NCBI GenBank assembly: GCA_963664325.2
Contig: CAXXDQ010000003.1
Location: 256,001 to 320,000 of the forward strand
Reading direction: 5' to 3'
Length of the DNA: 64,000 nt
Source of the DNA: Desulfomonilia bacterium
GTDB lineage: Bacteria > Desulfobacterota > Desulfomonilia > UBA1062
Shown: in pieces, positions 38,495 through 49,607 of the stretch
Position numbering within the stretch: the stretch's first letter is position 1
Layout of the letters: each line of letters opens with the position of its first letter
Made by a program: the position numbers and the translations under genes
Notes under the pieces: model-generated
Told to the model about the DNA's origin: nothing
What the model saw: only the letters and a program-made list of their open reading frames with translations
Database searches by the model: none

Positions 38495-39820
38495 CTAGAT
38501 CTTGCCCCTCATCTGATAGAGCCTAAGTTCACGGCTGGCATCAGCATTTTTAGGATTGATTCTTAATGCAGTCCTGAAAGCATCGACTGCCTTGATGGAA
38601 CCTTCATTTTTAAGGACCCATCCGAGGACAAGATAAAAGTAATCGGTTTCAGGAAAGCGTTTAATTGAGTCCCTGAGAGCTTTTTTTATTTCAGAGGTGG
38701 AGCCTTTGTTTGTCTGTAGTCTCATGAACATGGCATTTATAAACGATTCATTGTAGGCCTTTTCATCCGGCGACATTTTTACGCATAGCCTGAGCAGATC
38801 TAGCGCCTTATCATAGTTTTTAGCCTTTATTTCGTCCTTCGCCTGCTGATAGATTAATTCAGCCTGAAGCTGGTTATTGACCCACTGGTCGACTTTAGGT
38901 TTGCCCTGACGTTCATTTTGGATATCGCTGTAAGCCTTCTGGATATTTGTGAAGATATCATTTGCCAGGTCTTTGACCTCAACATCTGATGCATATGCAT
39001 ATGAGTCAGGGTGGTTATCTTTAACGAGCCGGATATAAGCCCTTTTGAGTATATCATCTGACGCATTGGTATCAACTCCTAGTAGCTCGTAAGGTGTTTT
39101 CACTTTCATTTCTGTTAATTTTCCGTTTAATTTATCAATCAATGCCTTGTGCTTGCTTTCTTCGAAAGTAACAAGGCCGCTGCAGTAAAGTGCAAACACA
39201 TTAACGGCTGTTTGGGGATTTTTTAGTACAATTTCTGAAATGGTCAGTTTTTCTATGTTTTCAATGTCTATTGATATTCCTTTCGGCATGTCTTCTTTTA
39301 GAGGTTTGGGTTTTACCGCGGCATAAGGCATAAGGGCTGCGATTGCTGAAGAAGGGTTATATCTTTCAGTAATACCCTTTCTTAGAAGGTAGGATAGCTC
39401 ATCCATGGTAAGTTCCGGATTTTTATTTATTATCTTTGGAACCTCCTGAACCGTACCTGTCTGCCAGTCAAAAATATCCAGAAATCGTTTTTCAATCTGG
39501 AATATTAATGCATCCGTAAGTTGCGACTGGCTAAGGTATCCGAGTGATATTAGTGATGCCCCATGCTTGATCCTGTCTATTCGGGCTTTTTCAAGTGATG
39601 CTGAGTTCTGTTCATGTGTAATATAGCCTTTTTCTATAAGGATATAACCCATGAGTTCATCAGCACGGTTTGACTGTATGGCGCAGAGCCTTCCTTCTTT
39701 GAATATGATTCCTTTTCTCCATTGGTCGCGTGAGAGGAACAGTATACCTGAATATTTGTCTTCGATTATGTCCTTCATTAAAAGGGGGAATGTAATATCT
39801 TCAAGCCTGAATTGTTCCAT
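38495..39820 (-). CDS. DUF4388-like / DnaJ-domain / TPR protein
   Basis: N-terminal SGILFL...KGIIFKEGRL...MGYILIEKG; J-domain PYELLGV...KRAYIRLVKDNHPD...IQKAY; C-terminal TPR-like helices. Confidence 0.85.
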   Translation of the reverse strand: MEQFRLEDITFPLLMKDIIEDKYSGILFLSRDQWRKGIIFKEGRLCAIQSNRADELMGYILIEKGYITHEQNSASLEKARIDRIKHGASLISLGYLSQSQLTDALIFQIEKRFLDIFDWQTGTVQEVPKIINKNPELTMDELSYLLRKGITERYNPSSAIAALMPYAAVKPKPLKEDMPKGISIDIENIEKLTISEIVLKNPQTAVNVFALYCSGLVTFEESKHKALIDKLNGKLTEMKVKTPYELLGVDTNASDDILKRAYIRLVKDNHPDSYAYASDVEVKDLANDIFTNIQKAYSDIQNERQGKPKVDQWVNNQLQAELIYQQAKDEIKAKNYDKALDLLRLCVKMSPDEKAYNESFINAMFMRLQTNKGSTSEIKKALRDSIKRFPETDYFYLVLGWVLKNEGSIKAVDAFRTALRINPKNADASRELRLYQMRGKI

Positions 39821-40115
39821 GCTTTACCATATTATATAATTGCCGGGTCGTGCAACATATTTTAATATATGAACGAGCTTTTAAACTCAGGAGATTTTGA
39901 AAAAAATTGGCCAAGTCAGTGAAGCTTAGATGTTAAATGAGAACTGTTGAAAAATGTCGGCCATTTCATATGATCGATTAAAACAGATCCCGGAGATCAT
40001 TTTTACGGCAGAATAATTATTTCAAGAATAGGCACCGGCATGGACAAAAATAAGTCTTTGGTATATTGGAAAAATTATTCGCCTTCCAGACGAAAAAAAA
40101 CAATGTGAGGTGGTC

Positions 40116-40601
40116 ATGGTTGTTCTTTCAACGAATTTCGGGGACATCAAGATAGAAATGTTTGATAAGGAGGCTCCGATATCAACAGAGAATTTTCTGT
40201 CTTATGTCAGAGATGGTTTTTTTAATGGAACAATATTCCACCGTGTCATCCCTGGGTTTATGATACAGGGAGGAGGTTTTACACCTGACATGATGGATAA
40301 AGATACAAAAGCCCCTATTAAAAACGAAGCGAAAAACGGTCTTAAAAATGAGCGTGGTACGCTTTCCATGGCGAGAACCACAGCTGTTGACAGTGCAACG
40401 TCACAATTTTTTATTAATGTTAACGATAACAAATTCCTCGATCACGGGGTGCGCGATTTCGGTTATGCGGTTTTTGCAAAAGTGGTCGAAGGCATGGACG
40501 TGGTCGATAAGATCGCAGCTGTTAAGTCCGGTAAAAAAGGTTTTCACAGCGATGTGCCGCTTGATCCGGTGATCGTTATATCTGCAAAGATTGAGGATTG
40601 A
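40116..40601 (+). CDS. ppiA: Cyclophilin-type peptidyl-prolyl cis-trans isomerase
   Basis: [50 protein letters not shown]. Confidence 0.93.
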   Translation: MVVLSTNFGDIKIEMFDKEAPISTENFLSYVRDGFFNGTIFHRVIPGFMIQGGGFTPDMMDKDTKAPIKNEAKNGLKNERGTLSMARTTAVDSATSQFFINVNDNKFLDHGVRDFGYAVFAKVVEGMDVVDKIAAVKSGKKGFHSDVPLDPVIVISAKIED

Positions 40602-40712
40602 GATGTAATCGGCTTATCATTTCTTGCAATATTTCTTTAGCCCGATATTATGGAAGCAGATATTTTAAAAGGCTTTAATATGGACAGGAACTAAAGAAAA
40701 GGAGGATAAGAG

Positions 40713-41021
40713 ATGGCTTTAAAAAAACAGTTTGTTAAGGCAAAAAATCTGTTCAAGGTGACATTTTCCATGCCGAAAGAAGCATTGGGAGGTGCCTCTA
40801 AGGTGGTACTTGCCGGCGACTTCAACAACTGGAGCACCAAGAATGATATCATGAAAAAACAAAAAAACGGTTCATTCCAGATAAATATATATTTGGAACC
40901 AGGCAGGGCATATCAGTATAGGTATTTCATGGACGATAACAGATGGGAAAACGACTGGGAAGCCGATAGCTACATCCCGCATCCATTTGGAGATGGCGAT
41001 AACTCCTTGGTAATACTTTAA
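40713..41021 (+). CDS. Isoamylase early-set / CBM48-like glycogen-binding domain protein
   Basis: VLAGDFNNW...LEPGRAYQYRY...WENDWEAD...GDGDNSLV; RBS AGGAGG. Confidence 0.85.
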   Translation: MALKKQFVKAKNLFKVTFSMPKEALGGASKVVLAGDFNNWSTKNDIMKKQKNGSFQINIYLEPGRAYQYRYFMDDNRWENDWEADSYIPHPFGDGDNSLVIL

Positions 41022-41053
41022 GATCCTATTAATCCCGGACTTCCGGAGTGTTT

Positions 41054-41473
41054 ATGAAAGTCTCGGAAATAATGAAGACGAATCTTGTAACAATATCACC
41101 CTATGAGCCGATCGGCAAAGCCATAAAAATCATGGAACAATACCGGTTTAGAAGGTTGCCAGTAGTTCGGGACGGTCATCTTATCGGAATTATCACCGAC
41201 CGGGACATAAGAAAGGCTCTAAATTCTCCATTGGTGTTCCATGAGGCATCTTATGACAATTACCTTCATAATGAGATAAAGATTGAGAGTTGTATGAGCG
41301 CCTGCCCTATATCGATAAGCCCTTATGCGGATGTAGTTGGAGCCGCAAGAATTATGGAAGAGGAAAAGATCGGCGGGCTGCCGGTAGTAGAGGCAGGCCG
41401 TCTTGTAGGTATTATAACAGTGTCCGACCTGGTTGAATTACTTATCAGGATTTTGACGGAGAAATCTGCCTGA
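41054..41473 (+). CDS. Tandem CBS-domain protein (AcuB-like)
   Basis: RRLPVV...LIGIITDRDIR and IGGLPVV...LVGIITVSDL. Confidence 0.88.
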   Translation: MKVSEIMKTNLVTISPYEPIGKAIKIMEQYRFRRLPVVRDGHLIGIITDRDIRKALNSPLVFHEASYDNYLHNEIKIESCMSACPISISPYADVVGAARIMEEEKIGGLPVVEAGRLVGIITVSDLVELLIRILTEKSA

Positions 41474-41481
41474 TACTGGAG

Positions 41482-43368
41482 TCAGACAGAAGGATCCTCC
41501 TTTCTAGGGGCTTCTTCAAAGGGTATTTCGAGTTCATAAACACCGTACTCAAGCTTAACCTTCAAGGGATATCCCGTCTTTGAAAACACCTTCATCATCG
41601 GTGTATTGCGAGCCAGGACGTCAGCGGTGAACCCTCTGATATCCCTGTCAACGGCAATTCTGCAGAGGTGATTTAATAAGAATGTCCCTATGCCCCTGTT
41701 CTGGAAGTTGTGGTCGATCGTGAATGCCACTTCAGCGGTGTTTGTGCCCGGGTCCCTGACATAATGACCCAGGGCGATTACCTGTTCATGTCCGTCCGGG
41801 GCCTCCTTTCCTAGCACACCCACGACTGCCATTTGATCATAGTAATCAATGGCGGCCATCGGCATTGCCAGTTTGTGTGGGAAATTTCTCAGGTTCTGGA
41901 AAAACCGCGTATAAACATCCTGTTCGGGCAATGAATATACAAGGTCCTGTATGGCCCGTTCGTCTGTAGATCTTGTCGGCCTGAAGAAGATATCTTCACC
42001 TTTTTTGTCCTTAAGCCACATTTCATATTCCCTTGGGTATGGAACAGCAGGCAATATCTGATCCTTGTAGACATAACCCTGCTGTTTGGCGCATTCAAGC
42101 AGCCAATCCCTGAATTTGGGGTGTGCTATATTGATAAGGGCAAGCGCCCTTTCTCTGATAGTCTTTCCATGGATGTATGCATAGCCGTACTCGGTCACGA
42201 CATAATTTACCGAGGCCCTCGTTATGACAACTCCGCTGCCGGGATCGAGAAAAGGGACTATCCTCGATATTGTTCCGTCATCGGTTGTTGAGGGCAATGT
42301 CATAATTGAACGACCACGGTTCGACATGCGTGCCCCTCTGACAAAATCAGACTGTCCGCCTATACCGCTGTAAAACCTGAAGCCAAGAGAATCTGAACAT
42401 ATCTGTCCGGTAAGGTCGACGGTAAGGGCGGAATTTATGGCCGTGCACCTGTCGTTTCTCCTGATTATGTTGGCATTGTTAACATAGGAACAAGGCCTGA
42501 ATTCGAACAGCGGGTTATCGTCAACATAATCATAGAGCTTCCGGCTGCCTGTACAGAAGGAAGCAACGACCTTGCCCTGGTTGATATTCTTTTTCCTGTT
42601 TGTTATGACCCCCGCCTCTATGAGGTCAATAAGGGCGTCATTAAAGACTTCCGTATGTACGCCCAGGTCTTTTTTATTAATAAGATATGGGAGCACTGAG
42701 TTGGGAATGCGGCCTATGCCGGTCTGTATGCAGGACTCGTTTTCAACAAGGTCGGCAATGATGCTGCCTATCCTTTCGATAATTTCGGTCGGGGCCTTTG
42801 ACTGGAATTCAATCAGAGGAAGGTCATTTTCTACGAAAGCATTTATTTCGTTTACATGAAGGAACGAATCACCGTGCGTACGTGGCATGTTCGGATTGAC
42901 TTCGGCAATTATATATGAAGCGACTTCTGCGGCGGTTTTAGTTATATCAACCGATATTCCCAGGCTGACATAACCATTTTTGTCAGGAGGAGACACCTGT
43001 ATGAGCGCCACATCAATGCGCAGGTTCCCCCTCATCATGAGGTTGGGGATTTCGGAAAGGAAAACCGGTGTATAGTCTGCCCGGCCTTCCTCAACGGCCT
43101 TCCTTGTGCTCTGTCCTATGAAAAGGGCGTTGTGGCGGAAGTGCTCGGAGTATTTATCTTCAGCATACTCGGCATTTCCCAGATCAAGGAAATGGTATAT
43201 CTCTGTGTCATACATCTGAGGTGCTATTTCTATAAGGGTTTTTACCAGCAGCTGCGGTTCGCCGCATGCGGAGCCTATGAAAATGCGGGAGCCTTTTTTA
43301 ATGTTTTTAAGTGCTGTCAATGCATCTGTAAGCCTTGACTGATAGGTTTTTCTCCATTCATAGATCAT
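41482..43368 (-). CDS. Acetyl-CoA hydrolase/CoA-transferase fused to a C-terminal GNAT acetyltransferase
   Basis: GRADYTPVFLSE, QTGIGRIPN, LGVHTE (catalytic Glu), GIGGQSDFVRGA, VVTEYG; C-terminal YTRFF...AEVAF...FQNRGIG...VLARN. Confidence 0.92.
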   Translation of the reverse strand: MIYEWRKTYQSRLTDALTALKNIKKGSRIFIGSACGEPQLLVKTLIEIAPQMYDTEIYHFLDLGNAEYAEDKYSEHFRHNALFIGQSTRKAVEEGRADYTPVFLSEIPNLMMRGNLRIDVALIQVSPPDKNGYVSLGISVDITKTAAEVASYIIAEVNPNMPRTHGDSFLHVNEINAFVENDLPLIEFQSKAPTEIIERIGSIIADLVENESCIQTGIGRIPNSVLPYLINKKDLGVHTEVFNDALIDLIEAGVITNRKKNINQGKVVASFCTGSRKLYDYVDDNPLFEFRPCSYVNNANIIRRNDRCTAINSALTVDLTGQICSDSLGFRFYSGIGGQSDFVRGARMSNRGRSIMTLPSTTDDGTISRIVPFLDPGSGVVITRASVNYVVTEYGYAYIHGKTIRERALALINIAHPKFRDWLLECAKQQGYVYKDQILPAVPYPREYEMWLKDKKGEDIFFRPTRSTDERAIQDLVYSLPEQDVYTRFFQNLRNFPHKLAMPMAAIDYYDQMAVVGVLGKEAPDGHEQVIALGHYVRDPGTNTAEVAFTIDHNFQNRGIGTFLLNHLCRIAVDRDIRGFTADVLARNTPMMKVFSKTGYPLKVKLEYGVYELEIPFEEAPRKEDPSV

Positions 43369-43546
43369 AACCTAGAGAGTACCGATAACCGTTTAAAAGT
43401 CAAGAAATCTGTTGGAAAAGCATTCATGACCCATTATTTGCATGGATCTTAAAGAAGCAATTATTATTCAGGAACTTCAGTCTTCTGGATCAGCAACATA
43501 TTCCCCGGGTTGCAATATCGGACTATTGCTAATATATAGCTGGACA

Positions 43547-44536
43547 ATGGGAAAGATACTGATCAGGGGAGTGAACTGGATAGGTGATGCCGTAATGAGC
43601 ATGCCTTTTATCAGCGGGCTTGCCCATGCATGGCCGGATGCTGAAATCCATGTCCTTACAAGGCCTCATCTTGCGGAACTGTATAAATATAATCCGTATA
43701 TTGAAAGTTTAATCCCGGTAAATGATAAGCGCAGGTTTTCAGGATGGAGGGGGGTAATTAAGAAAATCAGGAAAATGAAATTTGAACAGGCATTATGCCT
43801 GCCGCATTCGTTCAGTTCAGCACTCTTTCTGTTTTTTGCAGGGATTGAAAAAAGATACGGGCGGGCGTGCAGCGGAAGATCAATGCTGTTCACCCATCCT
43901 GTATACGGAAAAATTGAAGACTATACCGCTCATCAGTCGGACTATTATCTTGAAATGCTCTTTGCAGTAACAGGATTTATGCCCAATGAGAGGTTGCCCC
44001 TTGTTTATCTTTCAGATGTGCAAAGGAACAGGGCTTCGGAACTTCTGATGAATCTGAAACGACCGGTTCTTGGTATTTTCTGCTCGGCAGCCTACGGGCC
44101 TGCAAAGATATGGCCGCAGGAAAACTTTGCAGAACTCGGAAGGAGGTATATTTCAAAAACAGGCGGATCAGTTCTCCTATTCGGAGGAAGTTCCGATGCT
44201 CAGGTAAATGAAAAGATTATGGCTTCAATAGGAAATGGTGCGCTTAATATTGCAGGCCTGACAGATTTGCTTGAAAGTGTTGCCGTGATGGAAAGATGTG
44301 ATGCAGTTGTGGCGAATGATTCCGGGCCGATGCACCTGGCTGCTGCAAGCGGGACAAAAACGGTTGGTATTTTCGGGTCAACCAATCCTGCAAGGACAGC
44401 CCCGCTTGGCATAAATGCAACATATATATCAAAGAACCTGCCCTGTGCCCCATGTATGGCTCATAAGTGCAGGCTTGGCACATACGAATGCTTAAGGAGC
44501 ATTACCCCTGATGATGTCCTCAAGGAGATTTTGTGA
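43547..44536 (+). CDS. waaF: Lipopolysaccharide heptosyltransferase II (GT9)
   Basis: RGVNWIGDAVM, AAYGPAKIWP, NDSGPMHLAAA, IFGST. ATG at 43547; the ORF track starts at 43442. Confidence 0.9.
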   Translation: MGKILIRGVNWIGDAVMSMPFISGLAHAWPDAEIHVLTRPHLAELYKYNPYIESLIPVNDKRRFSGWRGVIKKIRKMKFEQALCLPHSFSSALFLFFAGIEKRYGRACSGRSMLFTHPVYGKIEDYTAHQSDYYLEMLFAVTGFMPNERLPLVYLSDVQRNRASELLMNLKRPVLGIFCSAAYGPAKIWPQENFAELGRRYISKTGGSVLLFGGSSDAQVNEKIMASIGNGALNIAGLTDLLESVAVMERCDAVVANDSGPMHLAAASGTKTVGIFGSTNPARTAPLGINATYISKNLPCAPCMAHKCRLGTYECLRSITPDDVLKEIL

Positions 44537-45297
44537 AGATTAGCGTCTGTATGATAACATTCAATAATGAGCGTACAGTGGAAAAAGCGCTTGAAAGCGT
44601 AAAGGCCTGGGCAGATGAGATAATCGTCGTCGATTCCTTCAGCACCGATTCCACGCCCGAAATTGTGAAGGAATATACCGATAATTTCGAACATAGAATA
44701 TGGCCCGGTTTTCGCGACCAGTATAATTATTGTATAGAAAAGGCAAAAAACGATTGGATTGTGTTTATTGATGCCGATGAGGTGATCCCTCCCGAGCTTG
44801 CATCAGAGATTATTGATCGGCCCGATGCCGATAAGGGCAGATATGATGGTTATATTGCTCACCGGCGCACCTTTTACCTCGGGCGCTGGATACAGCACGG
44901 AGGATGGGTGCCCGATTTCGAAGTAAGGCTGTTCAGGAAAGACTCAGGAAAATTTGAGGGAGGCATGCATGCAAACGTCAAAGTCAGGGGCAGGGTGGGC
45001 GAGCTCAGGTCTTCATTCTATGAGCATTATAATTACAGGGATATTTCAGATCAGATTGTCACAATAAACCGCTATTCAGAAACCGAAGCTACGGACAAAC
45101 TTGCAGAGGGCAGGCGTTTCAGGACTATTGATCTGCTTTTCAGACCGCCATTCAGGTTCGTTAAGGAATATGTCTTCAAGAGGGGATTTCTGGACGGAAT
45201 GCCCGGGCTTGTTATAGCCGTTTCCACCATGTATTATGTATTCATCAAATATGCAAAGCTCTGGGAGCTTGAGAAAGGGCTTAAAAAAAATGGCTGA
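44533..45297 (+). CDS. GT2 glycosyltransferase (WaaE/KdtX-like)
   Basis: ITFNNE, EIIVVDSFSTD, IDADE, RGFLDGMPG, KYAKLWE. Confidence 0.88.
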   Translation: MKISVCMITFNNERTVEKALESVKAWADEIIVVDSFSTDSTPEIVKEYTDNFEHRIWPGFRDQYNYCIEKAKNDWIVFIDADEVIPPELASEIIDRPDADKGRYDGYIAHRRTFYLGRWIQHGGWVPDFEVRLFRKDSGKFEGGMHANVKVRGRVGELRSSFYEHYNYRDISDQIVTINRYSETEATDKLAEGRRFRTIDLLFRPPFRFVKEYVFKRGFLDGMPGLVIAVSTMYYVFIKYAKLWELEKGLKKNG

Positions 45298-46285
45298 TTA
45301 TTCGTCGGCATATAACGGAAGGAAAGTGCTCATAACAGGCGGTCTCGGTTTTATTGGCTCCAACCTTGCCATAAAACTGGTTTCACTTGGCGCCAGCGTT
45401 ACGATTGTCGACAGCCTGATACCTGAATACGGCGGCAACCTTTTCAATATCGAACCTGTAAAAAACAAGGTTCAAATCAATTTTTCAGATGTGCGTGACG
45501 AGCATTCAATGAAGTTCCTGGTCCAGGGGCATGACTTTCTGTTCAACCTTGCTGGCCAGACAAGCCATATCGATTCCATGCAGAATCCTTATACCGACCT
45601 TGAAATTAACGCACGTGCTCAACTCTTCATTCTCGAGGCATGCAGGCATAATAATCCTGATATAAAGATCGTGTTTGCAAGTACGCGCCAGATATACGGC
45701 AGGCCGCAATACCTGCCTGCGGACGAGAACCATCCGGTCTGCCCTGTTGACGTAAACGGCATAAACAAGGTGGCAGGCGAGTGGTACCACCTTGTCTATA
45801 ACAATGTTTACGGGATACGTTCGTGTGTGCTCAGGCTTACGAATACATACGGGCCCAGGATGAGGGTTAAGGATGCCAGGCAGACGTTTTTGGGCATCTG
45901 GATAAAAAACATAATTGAGGGCAAACCGCTCCTTATCTATGGCGATGGGATGCAGGTCAGGGATTTTACATTTTCAGAAGACGCTATTGATGCATTTCTT
46001 CTTGCTGGTGCAGCCGAGATAGCAAACGGAAATATCTATAACCTCGGGGGAGACTGCAGGATCACCCTTAAGGACCTGGCAGCCATGATTATTGATATAA
46101 ACGGTTCCGGCGCAAGTGAAACGGTGCCGTTTCCCAAAGAGAGGAAAATAATAGACATCGGTGATTATTATTCAGATTTCTCCAGGATTGAAACCGGACT
46201 CGGATGGAAGCCCGCCATATCACTTGAAAAGGGCCTGAAGATTTCGCTTGATTATTTCAGGCAGTATGCCGCTCATTACCGGTAA
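45290..46285 (+). CDS. NAD-dependent sugar epimerase/dehydratase
   Basis: [52 protein letters not shown]. Confidence 0.9.
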   Translation: MADYSSAYNGRKVLITGGLGFIGSNLAIKLVSLGASVTIVDSLIPEYGGNLFNIEPVKNKVQINFSDVRDEHSMKFLVQGHDFLFNLAGQTSHIDSMQNPYTDLEINARAQLFILEACRHNNPDIKIVFASTRQIYGRPQYLPADENHPVCPVDVNGINKVAGEWYHLVYNNVYGIRSCVLRLTNTYGPRMRVKDARQTFLGIWIKNIIEGKPLLIYGDGMQVRDFTFSEDAIDAFLLAGAAEIANGNIYNLGGDCRITLKDLAAMIIDINGSGASETVPFPKERKIIDIGDYYSDFSRIETGLGWKPAISLEKGLKISLDYFRQYAAHYR

Positions 46286-46289
46286 AAAG

Positions 46290-47399
46290 ATGAAGGAAAC
46301 AGGGTTCATACCGGTTGCAAATCCCAAAGCGCAGGCTGAAAGATTCAGGAATGCGATATTTGATGCTATTAGCCGTGTTGTTGACAGCGGATGTTATATC
46401 CTTGGAAGTGAAGTTACGGCATTTGAAACGGAATTTGCATCATATATCGGAGCCGGTCACTGTATTGGTGTTGCAAGCGGCACTGATGCGTTGATGCTTG
46501 CGCTGAAAGCTGCAGATTTGAAGCCCGGAGACGAGGTTATTACTGTTTCACACTCGGCCGTTGCAACGGTTGCAGCGATAGAGCATGCAGGCTTTGTTCC
46601 GGTTTTTGCTGATATTGACAAAATAAGCCGCTGCATGGACCCTGATATTATTGAAGCTCTTGTCTCAAGAAAAACAAAGGCCATAGCACCTGTACATATC
46701 TACGGTCAGCCATGCGACATGGCGGCTATAATGGGTATTGCAAACAGGTATGGTCTCAAGGTTATAGAAGACTGCGCGCAGGCTCATGGGGCCATGATTG
46801 GAAACAAGAAAGCCGGCACTTTCGGGGACGCAGCGGCTTTCAGCTTTTATCCGACAAAAAATCTCGGGGCGCTCGGTGACGGGGGTGCAGTTGTCACCAA
46901 CGATGACATGATTGCAGATAATGTTAAATGGTTGAGAGAATACGGCTGGAAAGAAAGGTATATCAGCTCGATCTCTGGTGTCAATTCAAGGCTTGATGAA
47001 ATGCAGGCTGCGATACTGCGTGTGAAGTTGGGACATCTGGAAAAAGATAACGAAAGGCGCAGGCAGATAGCATCGATGTATCGCAGAGCGGTTTCAACAA
47101 GCGGGATTAAGTCACCTGGAGAGATTCCGGGCACCACTCATGCCATGCACCTTTATGTGATCGAGTGTGAAAAAAGAGAAAAGCTTCGTGAATATCTGTT
47201 GGGCAAAGGAATAGGGACTGCCGTCCATTATCCGCTCGCGATCCATCAGCAGTCTGCATATCTGGGAAGGATGAGGGGCTGCGAACAGCTCGCAAATACA
47301 GAAGAGATATATAAGAAAATCCTTAGTCTGCCCATGTATCCCGAGCTTGATGAAGATCAGATTGCAAGGGTATGTGAGAGTCTGAAAACATGGCACTGA
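46290..47399 (+). CDS. DegT/DnrJ/EryC1/StrS sugar aminotransferase
   Basis: [50 protein letters not shown]. Confidence 0.93.
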   Translation: MKETGFIPVANPKAQAERFRNAIFDAISRVVDSGCYILGSEVTAFETEFASYIGAGHCIGVASGTDALMLALKAADLKPGDEVITVSHSAVATVAAIEHAGFVPVFADIDKISRCMDPDIIEALVSRKTKAIAPVHIYGQPCDMAAIMGIANRYGLKVIEDCAQAHGAMIGNKKAGTFGDAAAFSFYPTKNLGALGDGGAVVTNDDMIADNVKWLREYGWKERYISSISGVNSRLDEMQAAILRVKLGHLEKDNERRRQIASMYRRAVSTSGIKSPGEIPGTTHAMHLYVIECEKREKLREYLLGKGIGTAVHYPLAIHQQSAYLGRMRGCEQLANTEEIYKKILSLPMYPELDEDQIARVCESLKTWH

Positions 47400-47484
47400 T
47401 ATCATGAAAAATATTGTGACCGGTATGTTAAGATCCTGGCCAGTTGATTTCAAACTGAATCTACATTCCTTATAACCTGGAATC

Positions 47485-48600
47485 ATGAAAATTAGTTTTG
47501 CCATTGAGAAATTCGACCCAAAAACAGGAGGTGCCGAGAGGTACTGCTGGGACCTGGCACATTTTCTTGCTGAAAAAGGTCACGATGTTTCAGTTATATG
47601 CATAAAGGCTTCTGCTCCGGAAAATAAGGGAATAGCCATACATGAAATCAGGGCAGTAAAATTTCCACAGGCATTACGCCATCTGAGCTTTGCCTTCAGC
47701 CATTATTTAAAGGCCAGAAAAATGAAAGACCGGGTTCATTACGGGGTGGGCAATACTTTTTATATGAACGTCTATCAACCCCATGGAGGACTACATGCCG
47801 CTTGGTTTGAAAAGGAGAGTCAAAGATATACCGAGAATTGGAGACCAATCATAAAACTGATAAAAAGGTTGAGCCTGAAGGATATAGTCCAGCGCGGGCT
47901 TGAATGGTGGACTCTGAAAAGAACGCGGCCTGTTGTGCTGGCAATATCAAAGATGGTGGAAAATGATATCAGGGCTTACTGCGGGAAATATCAGCCTGAA
48001 ATCTATCTCATCCCGAACGGTATAGATACAGGAAAGTACTCGTCCAGCAAGGCCAGCAGGCGCAGCTCGATAAGAGAGTTTTACGGCCTTAAAGAAAGTG
48101 ATTTCGTATTCCTGTTCGTGGCCAACAATTTTATCCTCAAAGGTTTCAGAGTCCTTACTGAAGCTTTTGGAAAAATAATAAAGACAGGTGCCAGGCTGCT
48201 GGTTGCAGGTGAACCTGACAGCATGTCAAGGAAACTGGCTGATATGTTTGGTGATACGATTTTTTTTGCAGGTAAAAGTACTGATCTCGATTATATTTAT
48301 CCTGCGTGCGACTGCCTGGTCCATCCGACTTTCTATGACGCCTGCTCGCTGGTTGTGCTCGAAGCGCTTGCATCGGGAATCCCTGTAATTACAACGTCTG
48401 CCAACGGAGCGGCCATGTTCGTTGCTAACGGGAAGAACGGGTACGTTATTCCGGCCGCTGATGTAAATGCATTGTCGACAGCCATGGAAAAAGTGATTTC
48501 CGGAGAGGTGCCGCATGTTGAAAAAGCCTCATTCGATGATTCCAGGGCAGTCTTTGAAAAAATAGAGAAGGTCGTAATCGCAAAGGGGCAGGGAAGATGA
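47485..48600 (+). CDS. GT4 glycosyltransferase (WaaG/RfaG-like)
   Basis: GGAERY, IPNGID, FILKG, HPTFYDACSLVVLEALASGIPVIT. Confidence 0.88.
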   Translation: MKISFAIEKFDPKTGGAERYCWDLAHFLAEKGHDVSVICIKASAPENKGIAIHEIRAVKFPQALRHLSFAFSHYLKARKMKDRVHYGVGNTFYMNVYQPHGGLHAAWFEKESQRYTENWRPIIKLIKRLSLKDIVQRGLEWWTLKRTRPVVLAISKMVENDIRAYCGKYQPEIYLIPNGIDTGKYSSSKASRRSSIREFYGLKESDFVFLFVANNFILKGFRVLTEAFGKIIKTGARLLVAGEPDSMSRKLADMFGDTIFFAGKSTDLDYIYPACDCLVHPTFYDACSLVVLEALASGIPVITTSANGAAMFVANGKNGYVIPAADVNALSTAMEKVISGEVPHVEKASFDDSRAVFEKIEKVVIAKGQGR

Positions 48601-49595
48601 GGATGCTTGCCCTGATACAGGGCGAAGAGATTGCTGCAAGCAGGTACAGGATATTGCAGTACCTGCCTTATTTAAAGGAAAATGGCGTCGATACGGATGT
48701 CATGGAGTTCCCGGATTCAATACAGGAGTATGCCAGACTGTATTTGAAACTCGATAAATATGACTGCATTTTTGTCCAGCGTAAACGTTTCCATTTCCCC
48801 TTCCTCGGATTATTCAGGAACAGGGCAAAAAAAACAGTCTATGACCTTGATGATGCAGTCATGTATAAAAACTCTCTGGCAGGCAGCCCTTATTCACGCA
48901 CCAGGCAGCGCCGGTTTGAAAACATGGCCCGGGCTTGCGATGCCATAATTGCAGGCAACAGCTTTCTGATGGAGCAGTCGCTTCCCTATAATTCAAACGT
49001 AGTGCTCATCCCGACATCAATTTCATCTGAAAGGTATGGTCTGAAGGATTACAGCAAGCCTAAAGATATAGTGACTATCGGCTGGATAGGCGATCACGGC
49101 AGTATTCATTATCTTGAGGGGATGGCGGATGTTTTTGATGAGGTGGCCAGGCTGTATCCCGGGAAGGTTGAGCTCAAGATTATCTGCGATGTCTTTTTCG
49201 ACTGCCGCATAATGCCAGTAAGAAAGGTGATTTGGTCGGCCGAGACTGAAGTTGATGAGTTGAAGGACTGCGATATCGGTATCATGCCTCTGAAAGATGA
49301 TCCATGGTCATGGGGCAAATGCGGCCTTAAAATCCTTCAGTATTTCGGGGTCGGAATACCTGCCGTATGCACCCCGGTCGGGGTGAACAGGGACGTTGTT
49401 AAACATGGACAAAACGGTTACTGGGCCAGCAGCAACAGCGAATGGGTCGATATGCTTTCAAGGCTGATTGATGATTCGGAACAAAGGAAAACCTTTGGGA
49501 TTGAAGGAAGAAAGACACTTCAAACCGGATATTCGGTTGAGGCGAATTCACCGCTGATTCTTGAAGCAGTAAAGGGAAGCCGCTGCCAGGAATAA
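48597..49595 (+). CDS. GT4 glycosyltransferase
   Basis: ASRYRILQY, YDLDDA, IGWIG, DIGIMPL...GKCGLKILQY...TPVGVN. Confidence 0.88.
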   Translation: MRMLALIQGEEIAASRYRILQYLPYLKENGVDTDVMEFPDSIQEYARLYLKLDKYDCIFVQRKRFHFPFLGLFRNRAKKTVYDLDDAVMYKNSLAGSPYSRTRQRRFENMARACDAIIAGNSFLMEQSLPYNSNVVLIPTSISSERYGLKDYSKPKDIVTIGWIGDHGSIHYLEGMADVFDEVARLYPGKVELKIICDVFFDCRIMPVRKVIWSAETEVDELKDCDIGIMPLKDDPWSWGKCGLKILQYFGVGIPAVCTPVGVNRDVVKHGQNGYWASSNSEWVDMLSRLIDDSEQRKTFGIEGRKTLQTGYSVEANSPLILEAVKGSRCQE

Positions 49596-49607
49596 TTTTC
49601 CTTACAC

